Shown here one piece after another: positions 42,537 to 55,900 of a DNA stretch of 64,000 bases (positions are counted from its first letter, which is position 1; each line of letters opens with the position of its first letter). The position numbers and the translations under genes are program-made. This DNA comes from a virus. Its lineage: Duplodnaviria; Caudoviricetes. The stretch lies in IMG/VR virus record IMGVR_UViG_3300021426_000066, one strand, 5' to 3'. The notes below the pieces were generated by a model that saw nothing but the letters and a program-made list of their open reading frames with translations, had not been told where the DNA came from and did no database searches.

Positions 42537-44515
42537 GGAAATCTGCATAGAAAGGAATGATTATATGAATTATATAACAGCTTTTGCAGCATATCTAATA
42601 AGCGGAGTTTTAATGCTGTTTGGAATATTGTTAATTATGATTAATACTGCTGTAAGCATATTTTATGGTGGGTTACTACTTGGAATATGGGTTACATTGT
42701 TGTTTATGTTGGTTGCGAAATCCGAGAAATGAGGTGATTAAATGAACTGGATCCAGACAACAATTATTAAAAGAGAAAATGGTATTGAAACTCCATATCC
42801 ACCAAAAGAGAGGTCTGAACATAAAATGATTGAGTTGCTGCTTCAGGGGCATTTCTTAAAGCAGGCTGGTGAAGATATTGAGTATGATGCCAAAGCGAAT
42901 GATAACTTTGAATGGGCTGAGATTAAGATGACAAGGAAAATGAAAGATAGAACTGTTATTCATATTTATAAAAAGGAAGAAGAGAAATGAAAGAGAAATA
43001 TACTGGTTATACTTTATTGCATCAATACGAGCTGGACTCTTATAAAACCAAAGAAATCTATGTTAGGCCAAGAGATGTCTCAACTGTAACTATTAAAACT
43101 ATTGGAAATAGAATCCTTACAGAACTTAGATTGAATTGCCAGCAGGTCATTTTCGTAACTGAAAGTCTTGAAGAAGTTATGAATAAAGTTAGTACATGGT
43201 AAAGGAGGAAAATGACCATGAAGTATCTGATTAAAGCAAATGATATGATTACCAACTATACATCAATGCAGTATGTTGAAGCTGAATCCGCTTGGGATGC
43301 AACAGAGGTTGTTAGAAACGAAATTATTGAAGAACATAAAAAAGGAAATGCAAGTGATATTGAGTTCTGGACCGTCTGGGTTATTGATTGAAAGGAGATG
43401 GATATATGAGGGATAGGTATTTTAATAATTATGGAATTTTAGAATGGCTTGAGCCAAGTGATTATTTCGCTGGGCCTTGGAAATATGTTGGATTTTCTAT
43501 TACAGATGATGTTGAAGATGCAAATGATTGTGGACAGTATGATTTAGTACGGCATACTGAAACAATGGAAATGAGATATACGAATATATAAAGGAGGTCA
43601 TATGAACAGAAAATTACAGGAACTTTATAAAACCAAGAGCATGTGGGAAAGCTTTAGTGATTTTGCTGAATTTAAAGCGGATTCTAATGCTATGAAGTTT
43701 GCAAATGAAGAGATTATCAAGTGTAAAAAGGCAATCAGAAAAGAGATCAAGAGAGAAGAAGATGAAACAAAAGACAGGAGACTTATCAAGGGAGACTGGG
43801 ATTATTATATTCTCAAAATTTATTGTCCTGAATGGGTTCAGACAATGGAAGATGCTGAAGAATGGTTTGATGAGTTTGAAAGAATTGAAATGATTCATTA
43901 TCCCTGGGATTGTACAGGACAGTTGTTTACAAGTTGGCACAGCATCTTTTGTGTAAACGGAAAATGGATTTGCTATCATTATGTGGCTATGGATGTGTGA
44001 GAAAGGAGAAACAATATGGAAGCGAAAAGAGAATTGGCTGTAGAGTGTATGCTTTATATGGATATGAAAGACGGTGAAACAAAAGATGAAGCGTATACAC
44101 GATTGCTGGATATTTTAGATAAGGCTAAACTTGAATGGGGCATTTGTGAATGTGAAGAAAGGGAGAAATAATATGAAATATATTGTATCAGTACGAGTTG
44201 CTGGGACAATAGATGTAATAACTAAAGCTGATACGCCAGATGAAGCAAAATGGGCAGCTCTTAATAAGATGGCGAATGAAGTAGATTGCTATGGCTTTAA
44301 TGGCTTAGATTATATTGATATCGAAGCTTTGGGTGCCGAAGATGAGAACGGTAAACTGTATGAGTTTTAAAGAAAGGAATTAAATATGAACGAGAATATA
44401 TGGATGATGCTTGGGATTGGTTCTATTGTAGCGAAGATTGGATTTGCGCTGGCTGCGTTAATGATTTGATTACTGCGTGATTAAATAATAAATTAAATAT
44501 AAAGGAGAGTATAAG

Positions 44516-45106
44516 ATGTATTTTACTGAAGAAGAAAAGAATAAGCTATTTGAAGAATTTATGAATTATTATACTGCAAATTATGATGATGGATTTTCTG
44601 TAAGAAGGGAACAGATTATTGAAACTACTGATTTCCAGGTCGGAGATAAAATTGATTTTACTCTGACTACAGGTGAGGAAGTCACGGTGGTTGCGATTAA
44701 GGAAGTGGATGATGGAATGCTATTTGTGTTTAAGAATTGTGTTAGTGAAAGTGGCAGAGATGATATTTATCAGTATATGAATGGCAAATTACTTGCAACT
44801 ATGCCTAAGAAGATTCGAGATAGGATGATTGGCAAGTTTAGATTGCTTACAGAAAGGGAAGTATTTGGTAAGAATGAATACGGAGAGGAAGAAAAAGAAG
44901 AGCAGATTCCTTACTTTAAAGAGAGGCAGAATAGAGTAGCCACTGTGGGTAATAATAATGATGGCTATCAGTGGTGGTGGCTTGAAACGAAGGTAAAAGA
45001 TTCGATCGTGGCCTTCGTTTCTGTAAGCTACTACGGCCTCGCATACTACAACTACACTTCCGACGTCGGTGGCGTTCGCCCATGCTTCGTAATGAAAAAA
45101 TCTTGA
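44516..45106 (+). CDS. DUF6273/C-type-lectin-fold protein with a DGR-type variable region
   Basis: FRLLTEREVFG, WWWL...FVSVSYYG.AYYNYTSD.GGVRPCF; NNC codon run at 45010-45090; hairpin after the stop codon. Confidence 0.7.
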   Translation: MYFTEEEKNKLFEEFMNYYTANYDDGFSVRREQIIETTDFQVGDKIDFTLTTGEEVTVVAIKEVDDGMLFVFKNCVSESGRDDIYQYMNGKLLATMPKKIRDRMIGKFRLLTEREVFGKNEYGEEEKEEQIPYFKERQNRVATVGNNNDGYQWWWLETKVKDSIVAFVSVSYYGLAYYNYTSDVGGVRPCFVMKKS

Positions 45107-45113
45107 ATCTTGA

Positions 45114-45152
45114 GATCTGGAATCTTTATCTGCGTGATAGGGATTCCAGATC
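45114..45152 (+). promoter_or_regulatory. Hairpin directly after the putative VR (DGR target-recognition hairpin-like)
   Basis: GATCTGGAATCTTTATC-TGCGT-GATAGGGATTCCAGATC; no T-tract on the plus strand. Confidence 0.55.
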
Positions 45153-46074
45153 AAAAACAGAAATTAACGTATGAACAGAAAGGGAAGTAAATATGAAAAT
45201 TACAAGTAAGAGACAAACAATTAATTATGTACAGTTGACAGATGATTTTTATATAGAGGTTGTAGACGGTCTTGAAGAAGATGGATTCAAGGAAGTATGG
45301 TTTTGTAGAAAGCATTATGGATTGAAAACGCATATAGTTGGAGAAAAACTAAAAAGAGTTACAAAACAGTATATTGAATTTTTGCTTGATTGGCAGAATT
45401 TTGATCTTCTGGCTGAAGAATTACTAGAGGACAATGAACGACTTGCCCCCGATGGTCACATAATTAATCTATTTGTTTTTGAAAAAACTGAAGTTAATCC
45501 TGGAGAAACGGTAAGAGAAGCGGTTGAAAGACTTTTTAATGAATGGGAAGTTGAAGAAATATGCCAGATATTGAAGTGTCGTAATTGTATAAACGGAAAT
45601 TGTAAAACTTGTACAAGAAAAAATTATTAAGTTTGAGAAAAGGAGATAAATTAAATATGGGGAAATGGATAGGCAAAGCAGATTATACAGATGGAACTTA
45701 TATTGAAAAAGAGTTTTCATATACCGCTGATGGAAATTATGTTTTAGAGAGTGACGAACAGTATGCTATAGAATGTTGGCTAATTGAACAGGCAGATGAA
45801 CATGGTGGTATTGAATGGTATTCAGTTGATTATGTAGAAGAAGGGAAGTGATAAAAATGGCACACAGGAATAGAATTTATAAACAGTCGAGATTTGTCGG
45901 AGAATGTGGTACAATTATACCGTTACCAAGAATGAGTAGACAAAGGGAGAAAGGTCATATAAAGGATCTGTGGTGTCCTAAATGTGGATGCGTACATGGA
46001 TTTAAGGAATATAAACAGAATGAGTTTATTATGACGATGGACGGGGAAGTGATTGAGTATGGAAAAGGAAAGGG

Positions 46075-47226
46075 GTGATGTATATGGAAGAAAAGAAAAC
46101 AATCATAATTAACGGAAAAGAATTTGAAACGTATTCTCCGTTAACCTCTAATATACTGGAATGTGCGTCGTATGCAGACAGAATAGGAAATGTTGATTCA
46201 TTAGGTCTGGTAACAAAGTATTTTACATTCCTTATGAAATGGAGATGGGCAATTATTGTATTCATGCCATTTGCGTTATTAATGAATGGTGGAATTACAT
46301 GTGATATTATTCTTGGAGTTATTCTGATTGCTTCTTATATTTGGGGCAATTATTATTCTGAGTGTAGTAAAATGCTTATTCAGTTTAATTTTCTTGGCGC
46401 AAATTCTTATAGTTGGAATAGTTTTGAAGCAGCAAATAACACTTTAAAGGAAGCGAATTATCTTATTCCAAAGTTAAAAGAATGCGAGAAACAGACTGAA
46501 GAAACAAAACGCTGGGAAATGTATCTGGAACTTGTTAAGGAAATGGATAAGAAGTATGGTGAACGAAAGCATATGCTTGGAAGGCCATATTCAAAGGAAG
46601 AAGGGAAAAAAGACAAAGAAAAAACAGAAATCAATGAAGCCAAAAATGAAGCAAAAGAATGTGCCATCAAAGATGTTATTTCTTTTTTCAAAGGAGTAAA
46701 TGAATTATATAAGAAAGCATGGGATGAATATGAAAAGGGATCTGTTCATCTGTTGTCGGTATTGTTTGATTTAGATATGTTTTTAAGAAAAAGACACGAT
46801 AATTCTTATCGGACATTACATGAGAGACATCGTTTTAATTTCATCAATAGGCCAAGTGATAATGTTTTTAATTCATTTGATGAAGATTATCAAAGTATTT
46901 ATGATACGATTATTGGAGATCCTTATCATTATCTTTTTTCCGCCAAGCATAGTTTAGAAACGTTGATTTATATCCACACTAAAAGAGTATTCGAAGATCA
47001 AGACTATACCTATCCTTATTATAACGAAAATGATTTAGATGCTTGCTTAGAAGGTAAAATGGTTTTTGAGATAATTCAGGAAATTAATAAATATCCAGAA
47101 ATCAAGGAAGCTTTTGATGAAATGGAAGTGTTTCCAAAAATCACAAATGAAATGTATCAGATGATGTGTAAAAGAGTTGAAGAAACCAATTATACTATCG
47201 ATGATTTAAAAGAAAGGATGAGATAA
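46075..47226 (+). CDS. Hypothetical membrane protein (383 aa)
   Basis: Two N-terminal hydrophobic segments. Confidence 0.65.
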   Translation: MMYMEEKKTIIINGKEFETYSPLTSNILECASYADRIGNVDSLGLVTKYFTFLMKWRWAIIVFMPFALLMNGGITCDIILGVILIASYIWGNYYSECSKMLIQFNFLGANSYSWNSFEAANNTLKEANYLIPKLKECEKQTEETKRWEMYLELVKEMDKKYGERKHMLGRPYSKEEGKKDKEKTEINEAKNEAKECAIKDVISFFKGVNELYKKAWDEYEKGSVHLLSVLFDLDMFLRKRHDNSYRTLHERHRFNFINRPSDNVFNSFDEDYQSIYDTIIGDPYHYLFSAKHSLETLIYIHTKRVFEDQDYTYPYYNENDLDACLEGKMVFEIIQEINKYPEIKEAFDEMEVFPKITNEMYQMMCKRVEETNYTIDDLKERMR

Positions 47227-47227
47227 A

Positions 47228-48214
47228 ATGACAGGTTTGGATGTATATAACAATGATAATTTACAGCGTATCCTAAACTATGTAAAAGAACATCCTAAAA
47301 TTAAAGGATTCTATGGATATCTTAAAACAGATAAGTCTTTAACTAGCATTTATAATTATATTAAAATTGCTCAGAATATGTTGGACTATTTAAATAAAGA
47401 GCCAGCAGAATTAGCATTCGATGATTATGTTGAATACATGGCTGTAAATTCAACAAAAGACGATGGTACACCTAAAACATCATCTTTTGCAGTTTTACAA
47501 TATCATGCATTAAAAAATTACAGCACTTATCTGTTTGAATCTGGAGTGGCTGCAAAGAATTATATGACCAGTATTAAACGCCCGAAGGCAATTGATAGTC
47601 AGAAAACAATTGAAAAACGTTCAATTGGTTTTTTAACGAAAGAAGAATTAAAAATTTATATAAGTGCTGTTAAAGATGGTGTTGGTTCTGATCATGCAAA
47701 AGTTTGTCAGAGACGTACAAAGGAACGTGATATTGCTATTATATTGATTTTCTTAACAACGGGTATTAGAAAATCCGCAATGGTAAAACTTGATGTTAAT
47801 AATATTGACTTTGAAAAACGAGTTTTATGGGTCACTGATAAGGGAAGTAAAGTTCATGCTTATAAATTGAATGATGCAACCTTTGATGCTATTGTTAGTT
47901 GGTTAAACAGGAGAAAAGAATTATTTGGAGATACAAATGAAGAAGCTTTGTTTTTAACCAAATACGGTAAAAGATTAAAGGACGATGGTATTAAACAGAT
48001 CGTGATGAAGTACGCCGTTAACATCAACGGAAAGCACATCACTCCTCATAAACTTAGAGCCACATACGGTACGCAGCTTTACGAGGCAACAAAGGACATC
48101 TACTTTGTACAGAGGGCGATGGGGCATAGTTCGCCAACCACAACAGAGAGATATGTCAGAGGTCAGAATGATGTAACAAAGGAAGCCAGTGATATTATGG
48201 GGAATCTGTTTTGA
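47228..48214 (+). CDS. Tyrosine recombinase/integrase (XerC-like; SPbeta YopP-like)
   Basis: LTTGIRKS (R), KGSK (K), HKLR (HxxR), MGHSS (H), TERY (Y). Confidence 0.92.
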   Translation: MTGLDVYNNDNLQRILNYVKEHPKIKGFYGYLKTDKSLTSIYNYIKIAQNMLDYLNKEPAELAFDDYVEYMAVNSTKDDGTPKTSSFAVLQYHALKNYSTYLFESGVAAKNYMTSIKRPKAIDSQKTIEKRSIGFLTKEELKIYISAVKDGVGSDHAKVCQRRTKERDIAIILIFLTTGIRKSAMVKLDVNNIDFEKRVLWVTDKGSKVHAYKLNDATFDAIVSWLNRRKELFGDTNEEALFLTKYGKRLKDDGIKQIVMKYAVNINGKHITPHKLRATYGTQLYEATKDIYFVQRAMGHSSPTTTERYVRGQNDVTKEASDIMGNLF

Positions 48215-48557
48215 TTCTCCAAGTAAATCTCTTGACAATGAACAAATTAAATGATATATCAAAAATGTAATCTTGAAGATGATTGTAAGATTTGAAATTA
48301 TTGAGGGGAGTGGCTAAATTGAGTGAACTAATATATGGAACTTATTGTATAGGTAAGACTCCTAAGGTGCCTTATTTTAATCCCATACCAATAACAGATC
48401 CTGTAGCGATACGACATCTTAATACAGTAACTATAAAATCTTGGCAAGATTTTAAGAAATGGGTGAAACAATCTAAATCTAATAGTAACCATACTTTAAT
48501 TGCTGATTATAATGACATAATTAAATATGTTATAAAACTAGAAAGGACAAAATTAAT

Positions 48558-49586
48558 ATGATTAGAAAAGCAAATATTACTTGGAGTGCAAAGCAGGTCG
48601 CTAAAATGATTGAGAAAGAAACTATTACTTTTGATAATGTAATCCAGAGAGGATTTGCCTGGGATGACAAAAGGAAGTCTCTGCTGATCCATAGCATGAT
48701 TATTGGCTATCCTATGGGACCGATCTTCGCAGCTAAGAGTGAGAATGGATATGATGTTCTGGATGGAAAGCAGAGACTGAGTACTATTAATGATTTTATC
48801 CATGGGAAGTTCGCACTAACTGGTATTCCAGAGGATATCGAAGTTGAGATGGATTATGGAACGGATTGGACAGATCTCAACGAATATAAATTTGATGATC
48901 TTCCTGAAAGTGTTCAGGATATTATTCGAGATTACTCAATTACAGTTTATTACTTTGATGGGCTGACGGATGAAGAGACAAATGAAATGTTCTTTAGGCT
49001 TAACAACGGAAAACCTCTGAGTGCTATTGAAATTACCAGAGTTAAGACTAAGAGTATTAATGTTGTTAGAAAGCTTGCTCAGCATGAACTGTTTAAGTCT
49101 TCTCTGACTAAAGCTGCAATGGCTAAGTATGCGAATGAAGATATCGTTATGAAGAGCTATGTGCTTATGAAGAGTGATGCTGAAACAGATCTTAGCACTA
49201 AAACAGTAAGAGCAGAAATGGAAACCAGTGAGATCTCTGATGATGAGCAGAATAAGCTGGATGAGATCTTTAGCTATATTCTGGATACCTATGATGAGAT
49301 CGAGGATAAGAAGGTAAAGAAAAAGATGGTTACCAGGATTCATATGCTGAGCCTTGTTCCTGTTATTAGCGAAATTATTGATAGTGGTTTTATTGACAAA
49401 GAAACGTTTGTTGATTGGGTTAATCATTTCTTTACAACGGAAGATGGTTCTGCATCTGTATCTGAAGTTTATAACAAGTATGTTGGCTCTGGTTCTGCCA
49501 GAAAAGAAGCTGTTGTTGCAAGAAGAGATGAGATGAAGAAAGATCTGACAGAGTTTCTGCAGAAAAGGGAGGATAATGCCGCTTGA
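48558..49586 (+). CDS. DUF262 (ParB/Srx-like, GmrSD N-terminal) domain protein
   Basis: IQRGFAWD, LIHSMIIGYP, VLDGKQRL, FFRLNNGKPL. Confidence 0.85.
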   Translation: MIRKANITWSAKQVAKMIEKETITFDNVIQRGFAWDDKRKSLLIHSMIIGYPMGPIFAAKSENGYDVLDGKQRLSTINDFIHGKFALTGIPEDIEVEMDYGTDWTDLNEYKFDDLPESVQDIIRDYSITVYYFDGLTDEETNEMFFRLNNGKPLSAIEITRVKTKSINVVRKLAQHELFKSSLTKAAMAKYANEDIVMKSYVLMKSDAETDLSTKTVRAEMETSEISDDEQNKLDEIFSYILDTYDEIEDKKVKKKMVTRIHMLSLVPVISEIIDSGFIDKETFVDWVNHFFTTEDGSASVSEVYNKYVGSGSARKEAVVARRDEMKKDLTEFLQKREDNAA

Positions 49587-49951
49587 AATTAAAAGGTAAG
49601 ATTTGTGATATTTGTGGTAAGCTTGTCTATAGACATAACTTCCACGAATACGAGATAAGAAAACGTTTTCCAGAATATCTCTGGTATCAACCTCAATTGG
49701 AGTGTTTGCAGAGTAGAATGGTTTTCTGTAAAGATTGTCATCGCAGAATGACTGAACGGGTTATGAAGAATAAAGCGGAAAGGAAAGAAGACAATGACTG
49801 AATATATGGTAAGTTTTATGTGTGTATATTCTGACACCGTGTGGGCCGACACACCTGAAGAAGCTGCTGATATTGTCCAGAGTAGCTGTATGTATGATGT
49901 TGATGGAGAAGCCCATGTAACAGATCTGGATACTGGAGAGGAATTTGATGT

Positions 49952-52900
49952 ATGACAGACGAATTTATTAATAAACATGATGTGCTGCAATTAATCGATT
50001 CTGTTTGGCAGAAATGGGATGTACAAACTTTGGACCAATTCTATGATGAATTAAGAGAAGAGGTTATAGTTATGCCATTTATCAAATTAAAAGTATATCA
50101 GTGTAGAGATTGTGAGCATTATTTAATTGATGATAGCATTCCACAGGAAGAGAGATTCGTATGTGAGTTAGATGGAAACAGATGGAACGCAAATAGTTTT
50201 TGCAGTTATGGAGAAAAACGGAAATGATGTATAGGTGATTGAGTTAGGACGTAGGAGAGGAGTTTGATGTGTAATGGGACGATGGGTTGATATTGACGAT
50301 GAACGAAATTGCTATATTGGCATGGAAGGTGAATATGAACAATATAATATTGATCCAGATGTTTTAAGTGAGGGGATTGATATTAAGACAGGCAAATGGG
50401 TTAACGTTCCAGGATATGCAACTCCTGGTGGAGATCCTGTGTGGTGCTGTTCAGAATGTGGTAAAGGGATTCATGTATACGGAATCGAGCATGGTAGCTA
50501 TGGAAAGGATATTGCTGATGGTCAATGGAAAGCATGTCCTAATTGTGGATGTTTAATGACGAATAATAAAGGGGTTATATGAATTATGGATTTAAATATT
50601 ATAGGATGGACAGTACGAGATGGTAAAAAACAATTAGCTTGTCCTAATGGTTTTACGGTCGATTGTGGCGAAGCAAATATGGACGAGGTGATTGAAGTAA
50701 TGATCAAAGAATGTGAACAACATGGGCTAGTGTTTCCTGAATTAAAATGGGAGAATTGGATGTGGGTAGAGAAAACTGTTTAGAAGATAAATTAATTATT
50801 GAAAAAGGCAAAGGAGATAAGGATGGATGTTTTAATCTACAAACAGGACGCGATTGATGCTCTTGGCGAAAGACCACTTGCATGGACAGAAAGCGAGTAC
50901 GAAACAGGTTTGCAAAATCAATGGGAAGCAGATATGGATGCTATCAAAGCTGTTCCACCCGCATCACCAGAAGATTATACAGAGTTGAAGCGAGAGTTCA
51001 TTCTAATGGCATCATACATAGATGTTCTACTTGAATGTTCAGACGAACAGAGGGAAACACTAGTAGGATTTATCTCACGGCTTGCCGAGTTCATGCCGTG
51101 GACAGAGAGGGATTAAGCATGGATGACACGATCAGCCGACAGGCGGCGATTGAAATTGTTGATTTTGAATGCGGTGGAGAATTGATAGGAACGGCAAAAA
51201 TCATTACAAAACGATTGTCTGATTTACCGCCCGCACACCCAGAAACATATAAAGAGAAACTTAATGAAATAGCAAGTGCATTATCTGAGAAATTCGCTTA
51301 TATGAATACTTGTCTTAACGAAAGAGATATTATACTTGGCTATTTAGGTGTTAAGCGGCGTTGTGAAATTCATTGTAATACTGACTGTACAAATACTAAA
51401 TGTGAAAGTCATCCCTTATCATCCGCACAACCAGAACATAATCCTGACGATGAAAGAAAAATTGCCGATTTGCATAAAATGGTGAATTATCTACTTTCCC
51501 AGCTAGAACAGCGCTGGATCCCGTGCAATGAGAGGTTACCAGAGGAATCTGATGGAACTGTGCTGGTATGCTTTCCTGATGAATTTCCTTACAACAATAA
51601 AGAACCATATGTAAATGCTAAACATAATCAGAGAGTAAGAATTGCGTCTTACAGTCAGTTTAGTAACATGTGGTATATAGATGATTTTAACGCCGTAAGC
51701 GAAGTAAGGCCAATCGCATGGATGCCACGCCCAAAGCCGTATAAGGGAGGCGATACAGAATGAAAAAGTTATTAATGACAGCGGTAATTTGCGCATTGTT
51801 GGCAGTTTCTGGTTGCGGAAAAACAACGATTGAGGATACAAAGCCTAATGAGGTAAGCCGTTTTGTCGTGATTGAAAGTATTCCACAGTGCTGGGTCGTT
51901 GCAGATAGGGAAACGAAAGTTATGTATGCTGTTTCAAGAGGCGGTTATAATTCGGGAAACTTTACATTGCTTGTCGATGCTGATGGCAAGCCATTGTTGT
52001 GGAAAGGAGATACTGAATGACCAGAGAAGAAACAATCAAAAGAGTAAAAGGGTATTTAACCGATTGCTTGCCTGCTGATTGTTACGAAGAGGTAGAGGAA
52101 ATAATAAAAGCCCTAGAGAAAGAGCCTAGATGGATACCTGTTAGTGAAAAGTTGCCAGAAGATGAGTATGTGCTTATTAGCAAAAGACCAACAAAGATAT
52201 CGGGTGACAAATGGAGCGTGGCTATAGCCATACGAACAGCAGACCCAAGAAGTGGAAAAATCCAATGGAGAGATAGTGGATTCGGCGTTATACAAGATAA
52301 TGAAGTGCTTGCATGGATGCCGCGTCCCAAGCCGTATCAGGAGGGTGAGCAGAATGAGTGAATTGCGTACTAATCTTGATTGGGCGGGATACTTTAAAAT
52401 TATGGCGGAGAGGATGACATTGTGTGAATCTGAAGAACAGATGTACCGTCAAATTAGGCGATTCAAAGAAGATGATTTTATGCCAGAATATGGTAGATTA
52501 AGCCGAGCAAAGCGAAGAAAGAAAGGATTTAGATGGCGTGAACAGGATGACAAGCAATGAAGCACTCAACCGTTTGGAAAATCCGAACAGTTCAGGCACT
52601 ATATACAAACAGGCGGCGATTGACGCAATAGAAAAATTCAGTTGCTGTGGATATATTGAAGAAGATACGGACAAACTACTTAAAGTGATCAATGATTTGC
52701 CACCTGTACAATCAGAACAGCGGTGGGTTCCTGTGACGGAAAGATTACCGAAAGAAGACCACTGGCTTGGCGGTTCAGGAAGACAATTCTCAGATGAAGT
52801 TTTAGTTAGTGTTACAAATTATGATGATGAGGATATATGGACTTATATTTCACAAACGATTGACGGAGAATGGGCATTAGAACTTCCTAATCATTGCAAG

Positions 52901-55900
52901 ATTATCGCATGGATGCCGCTACCTGCTCCGTATCGGGAAGGAGATACTGAATGACAAAAGAAGATGTTTTGTTCTTTTTGGGGCGATTCAGAACTAAAAG
53001 AATAAATGAGAAACTGTATGATGCTCTTGGTGTGGCAATCGAAGCACTGGCACAGCCCGAAATTGTGCGATGTAAGGACTGCAAATACATGACGGAACAT
53101 TATGACACGGACGGAAATGCACCATATTGGACTTGCTCTGAATGGGATTCTGGAACGGATTATGATGGATTTTGCCATTATGCAGAAAGAAGGTAAAGCG
53201 GAATGACCAGAGAAGAAGCAAAACAGTATATCATTCAACATTGCAATCCAGACTATCCAAATGGAAATACAGAGTGGGAAACAGCAATGAATATGGCTAT
53301 AGAAGCATTGCAGCAGCCAGAAATCATCAGGTGTAAGGACTGCAAAAGATGCCAAATCGAAATATTATGTAATGACTATTGGTGTGATGGTAAAAAGGTG
53401 TGGGAAGACCATTATTGCGGGTATGCGGAAAGGATGCAGGTATGAAGACGTTAAAATCAGAAGAAGCAATCACGGTTCTCGAAGATATGAAGATTGATAT
53501 CCCAATACCAAAAGCGACAGTAACGCAGATAAAAAGAAATGTGGCGTTAAATATGGCAATCGATGCATTGTTGAGGCGTTCGGAAATATCGAACGATTCA
53601 GATACAATAAGCAGACAAGATGCAATCAAGACTATTAACAATGTTCGGGACGTTTGCGACACGGAGAGCCTTGACGACTATCGGGATTTATTAGTCGAGT
53701 GTTTTGAAGTGTTGCCATCTGCACAGTTAGAACGGAATGGTAAGTGGATAAAAGAATATGAGGGATGGTTTACGGACTATCCTTATAAATGCACAAATTG
53801 CGGAAAATATAGTAGAGCGAGATATCATTTTTGCCCGAATTGTGGCGCAGATATGAGAGATGAGAAGAATAATGTATGAATGTTTCCACTGTGGTGCTAG
53901 AATCACTTACAGGATGCCACTGGATGGAGGTGGGCAGAGATGAATGATAAGTGTTGCGACAACTGTATACACTATCACTGGTATTACGATTATTGCGACA
54001 AGTTTGATTGCGAAGTGAATGGAAGAGCGGTGTATGAATGTTGTGAAGAAAGGGAGGAAGAATGAGCGATTTAATAGACAGACAGTTGCCATCTGCACAG
54101 TTCAAGAGGATAAACAAAGGAATTCATGAGATAACTGAGTCAGACAAAATAAGTTATGCCGTAATATGCGATAAATTCCCAAGTCCGCATGTATATTTTA
54201 ATACTTATGATGAAGCAGAACATTGGGCAAGATTTAATCAGCCAAATTATAGACCGTATTATATCGTCGAACGTTCAGAACACTTTGAAATAGTAGGAAA
54301 GGTAAGATGACAGCTAATTAGTATTTTAAAAGATATGGGACGAAATGATTTGGTTCCGGGTTGCTGCAAGGAGAAGGAGAAAAGCCAATGAATGAAGAAT
54401 TGAAACCGTGTCCATTTTGTGGTGGAAAAAACTTGCATATTGAATCGTTTTCGGGTTGGGGAAATGATGTGATTATTTGTTACGATGCAGAAAGGAGAGA
54501 AGAATGAATCACGATTATACACATTGTAGGGATTTTCAAAATGACTGTCCAAAGGAATGCTTTCGAGCGCAACTTGTAAGGGATTTATACGGGCGTCCTT
54601 TTTCGGAAAAAATTGTCGTGTCATGGGCGAACTTAAAAGGCACGGAAGAATGTCCGTTGGAAGGAGAGACAAATGAAATACAAAGCTAACGAATTGTATC
54701 AAGAATTTGAATTATTCAACGATGATGGCATAAAGATAGGCGAAGCCGAAGTTGATATCAAAGGGAAGACGCTGTCAAGGCTGACCATTTATGAACCGTA
54801 TCAAAACAAGAGTTATGGCACACAGATTGTGGAGATGCTGATTAAGGATTATAAAATCAATTGCTTGTGGGTTAATGATGATAACGCTAAAGCAATTCAT
54901 GTTTATGAGAAATGCGGATTCGAAAAGATTAAGCCGACTATGTGGCTAATGGAAAGGAAAGAAAAATGATCTTTTTGAATATTGATAAACGACTTGAAAA
55001 AAATGGGTACAAAATCGTCCGGGATGATAAATATGGATTGGAATACGAAAAGGAAGAACCGCAAGGGTACAAACATAAGGTTGTCATTTCACATAAGGCA
55101 AGCGGAAAACACATAATGCAGAGTTATACAGGTATTGATCAAGTAGTTGGGTTGACGCTTGAAGAACAGATTTTGTTCACCAGAAAGTTTAAGCAGATAT
55201 CAAGAGCATGGAACAGGAGGGCGAAGGATGATACTCCGATGGTTGCTACAGCATTTAGAGGGAGTGACCTTACTGAAGAGGAAGAATCTGCCCTAGATCA
55301 TCTGTTTGATGTGATGACTGCTGTAAAGCAACAGGTTCTTTTGAGAAAGGCGCTTTATAATGAAAAATAAAGTATATCAATGAAAGACAGGAGGGCGAAG
55401 GATGAGAGCGATTGATGCTGACAGACTATTAACGGACAGAATGAAAGAACACTATTACCATCTGCCGAATGGCGATATAGCAATTCCGACTATAGATATT
55501 GAACACGCTCCTACCATCCTCCCCGAACGCCAGCGGGGAAGGTGGGTACATTATGACGAAGGCGATTTTGATTATGATTACAAATGTTCTAATTGTGGTT
55601 ATGCGGTATGGGACGATTCAGATTTCTGCCCTGGCTGCGGCGCAGACATGAGAGGTGGACAGAATGAGGCTGATTAATGTAGACAGAATTAGATGGCATA
55701 GATGTCTCGTACAAAACAATGACGGATCATATCGTGCTGAAAATGTCGCGTATGAAAGTGAAGTAAACCACTTGCCGCCTGTTACGCCAGAACCAAAGCG
55801 TGGAAGGTGGATTAAGTATGAGGACAGAGCAGGTTGGTATTGCTCCGAATGTGCTACTGACGATTATTACGCTTATTTTCTTAACAGCGATACTGGTGTA

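Noticed and set aside
47228-48214. Prophage boundary or att site at the integrase
   Set aside because: Phage-type genes continue on both sides; no host genes or att duplication seen in the window
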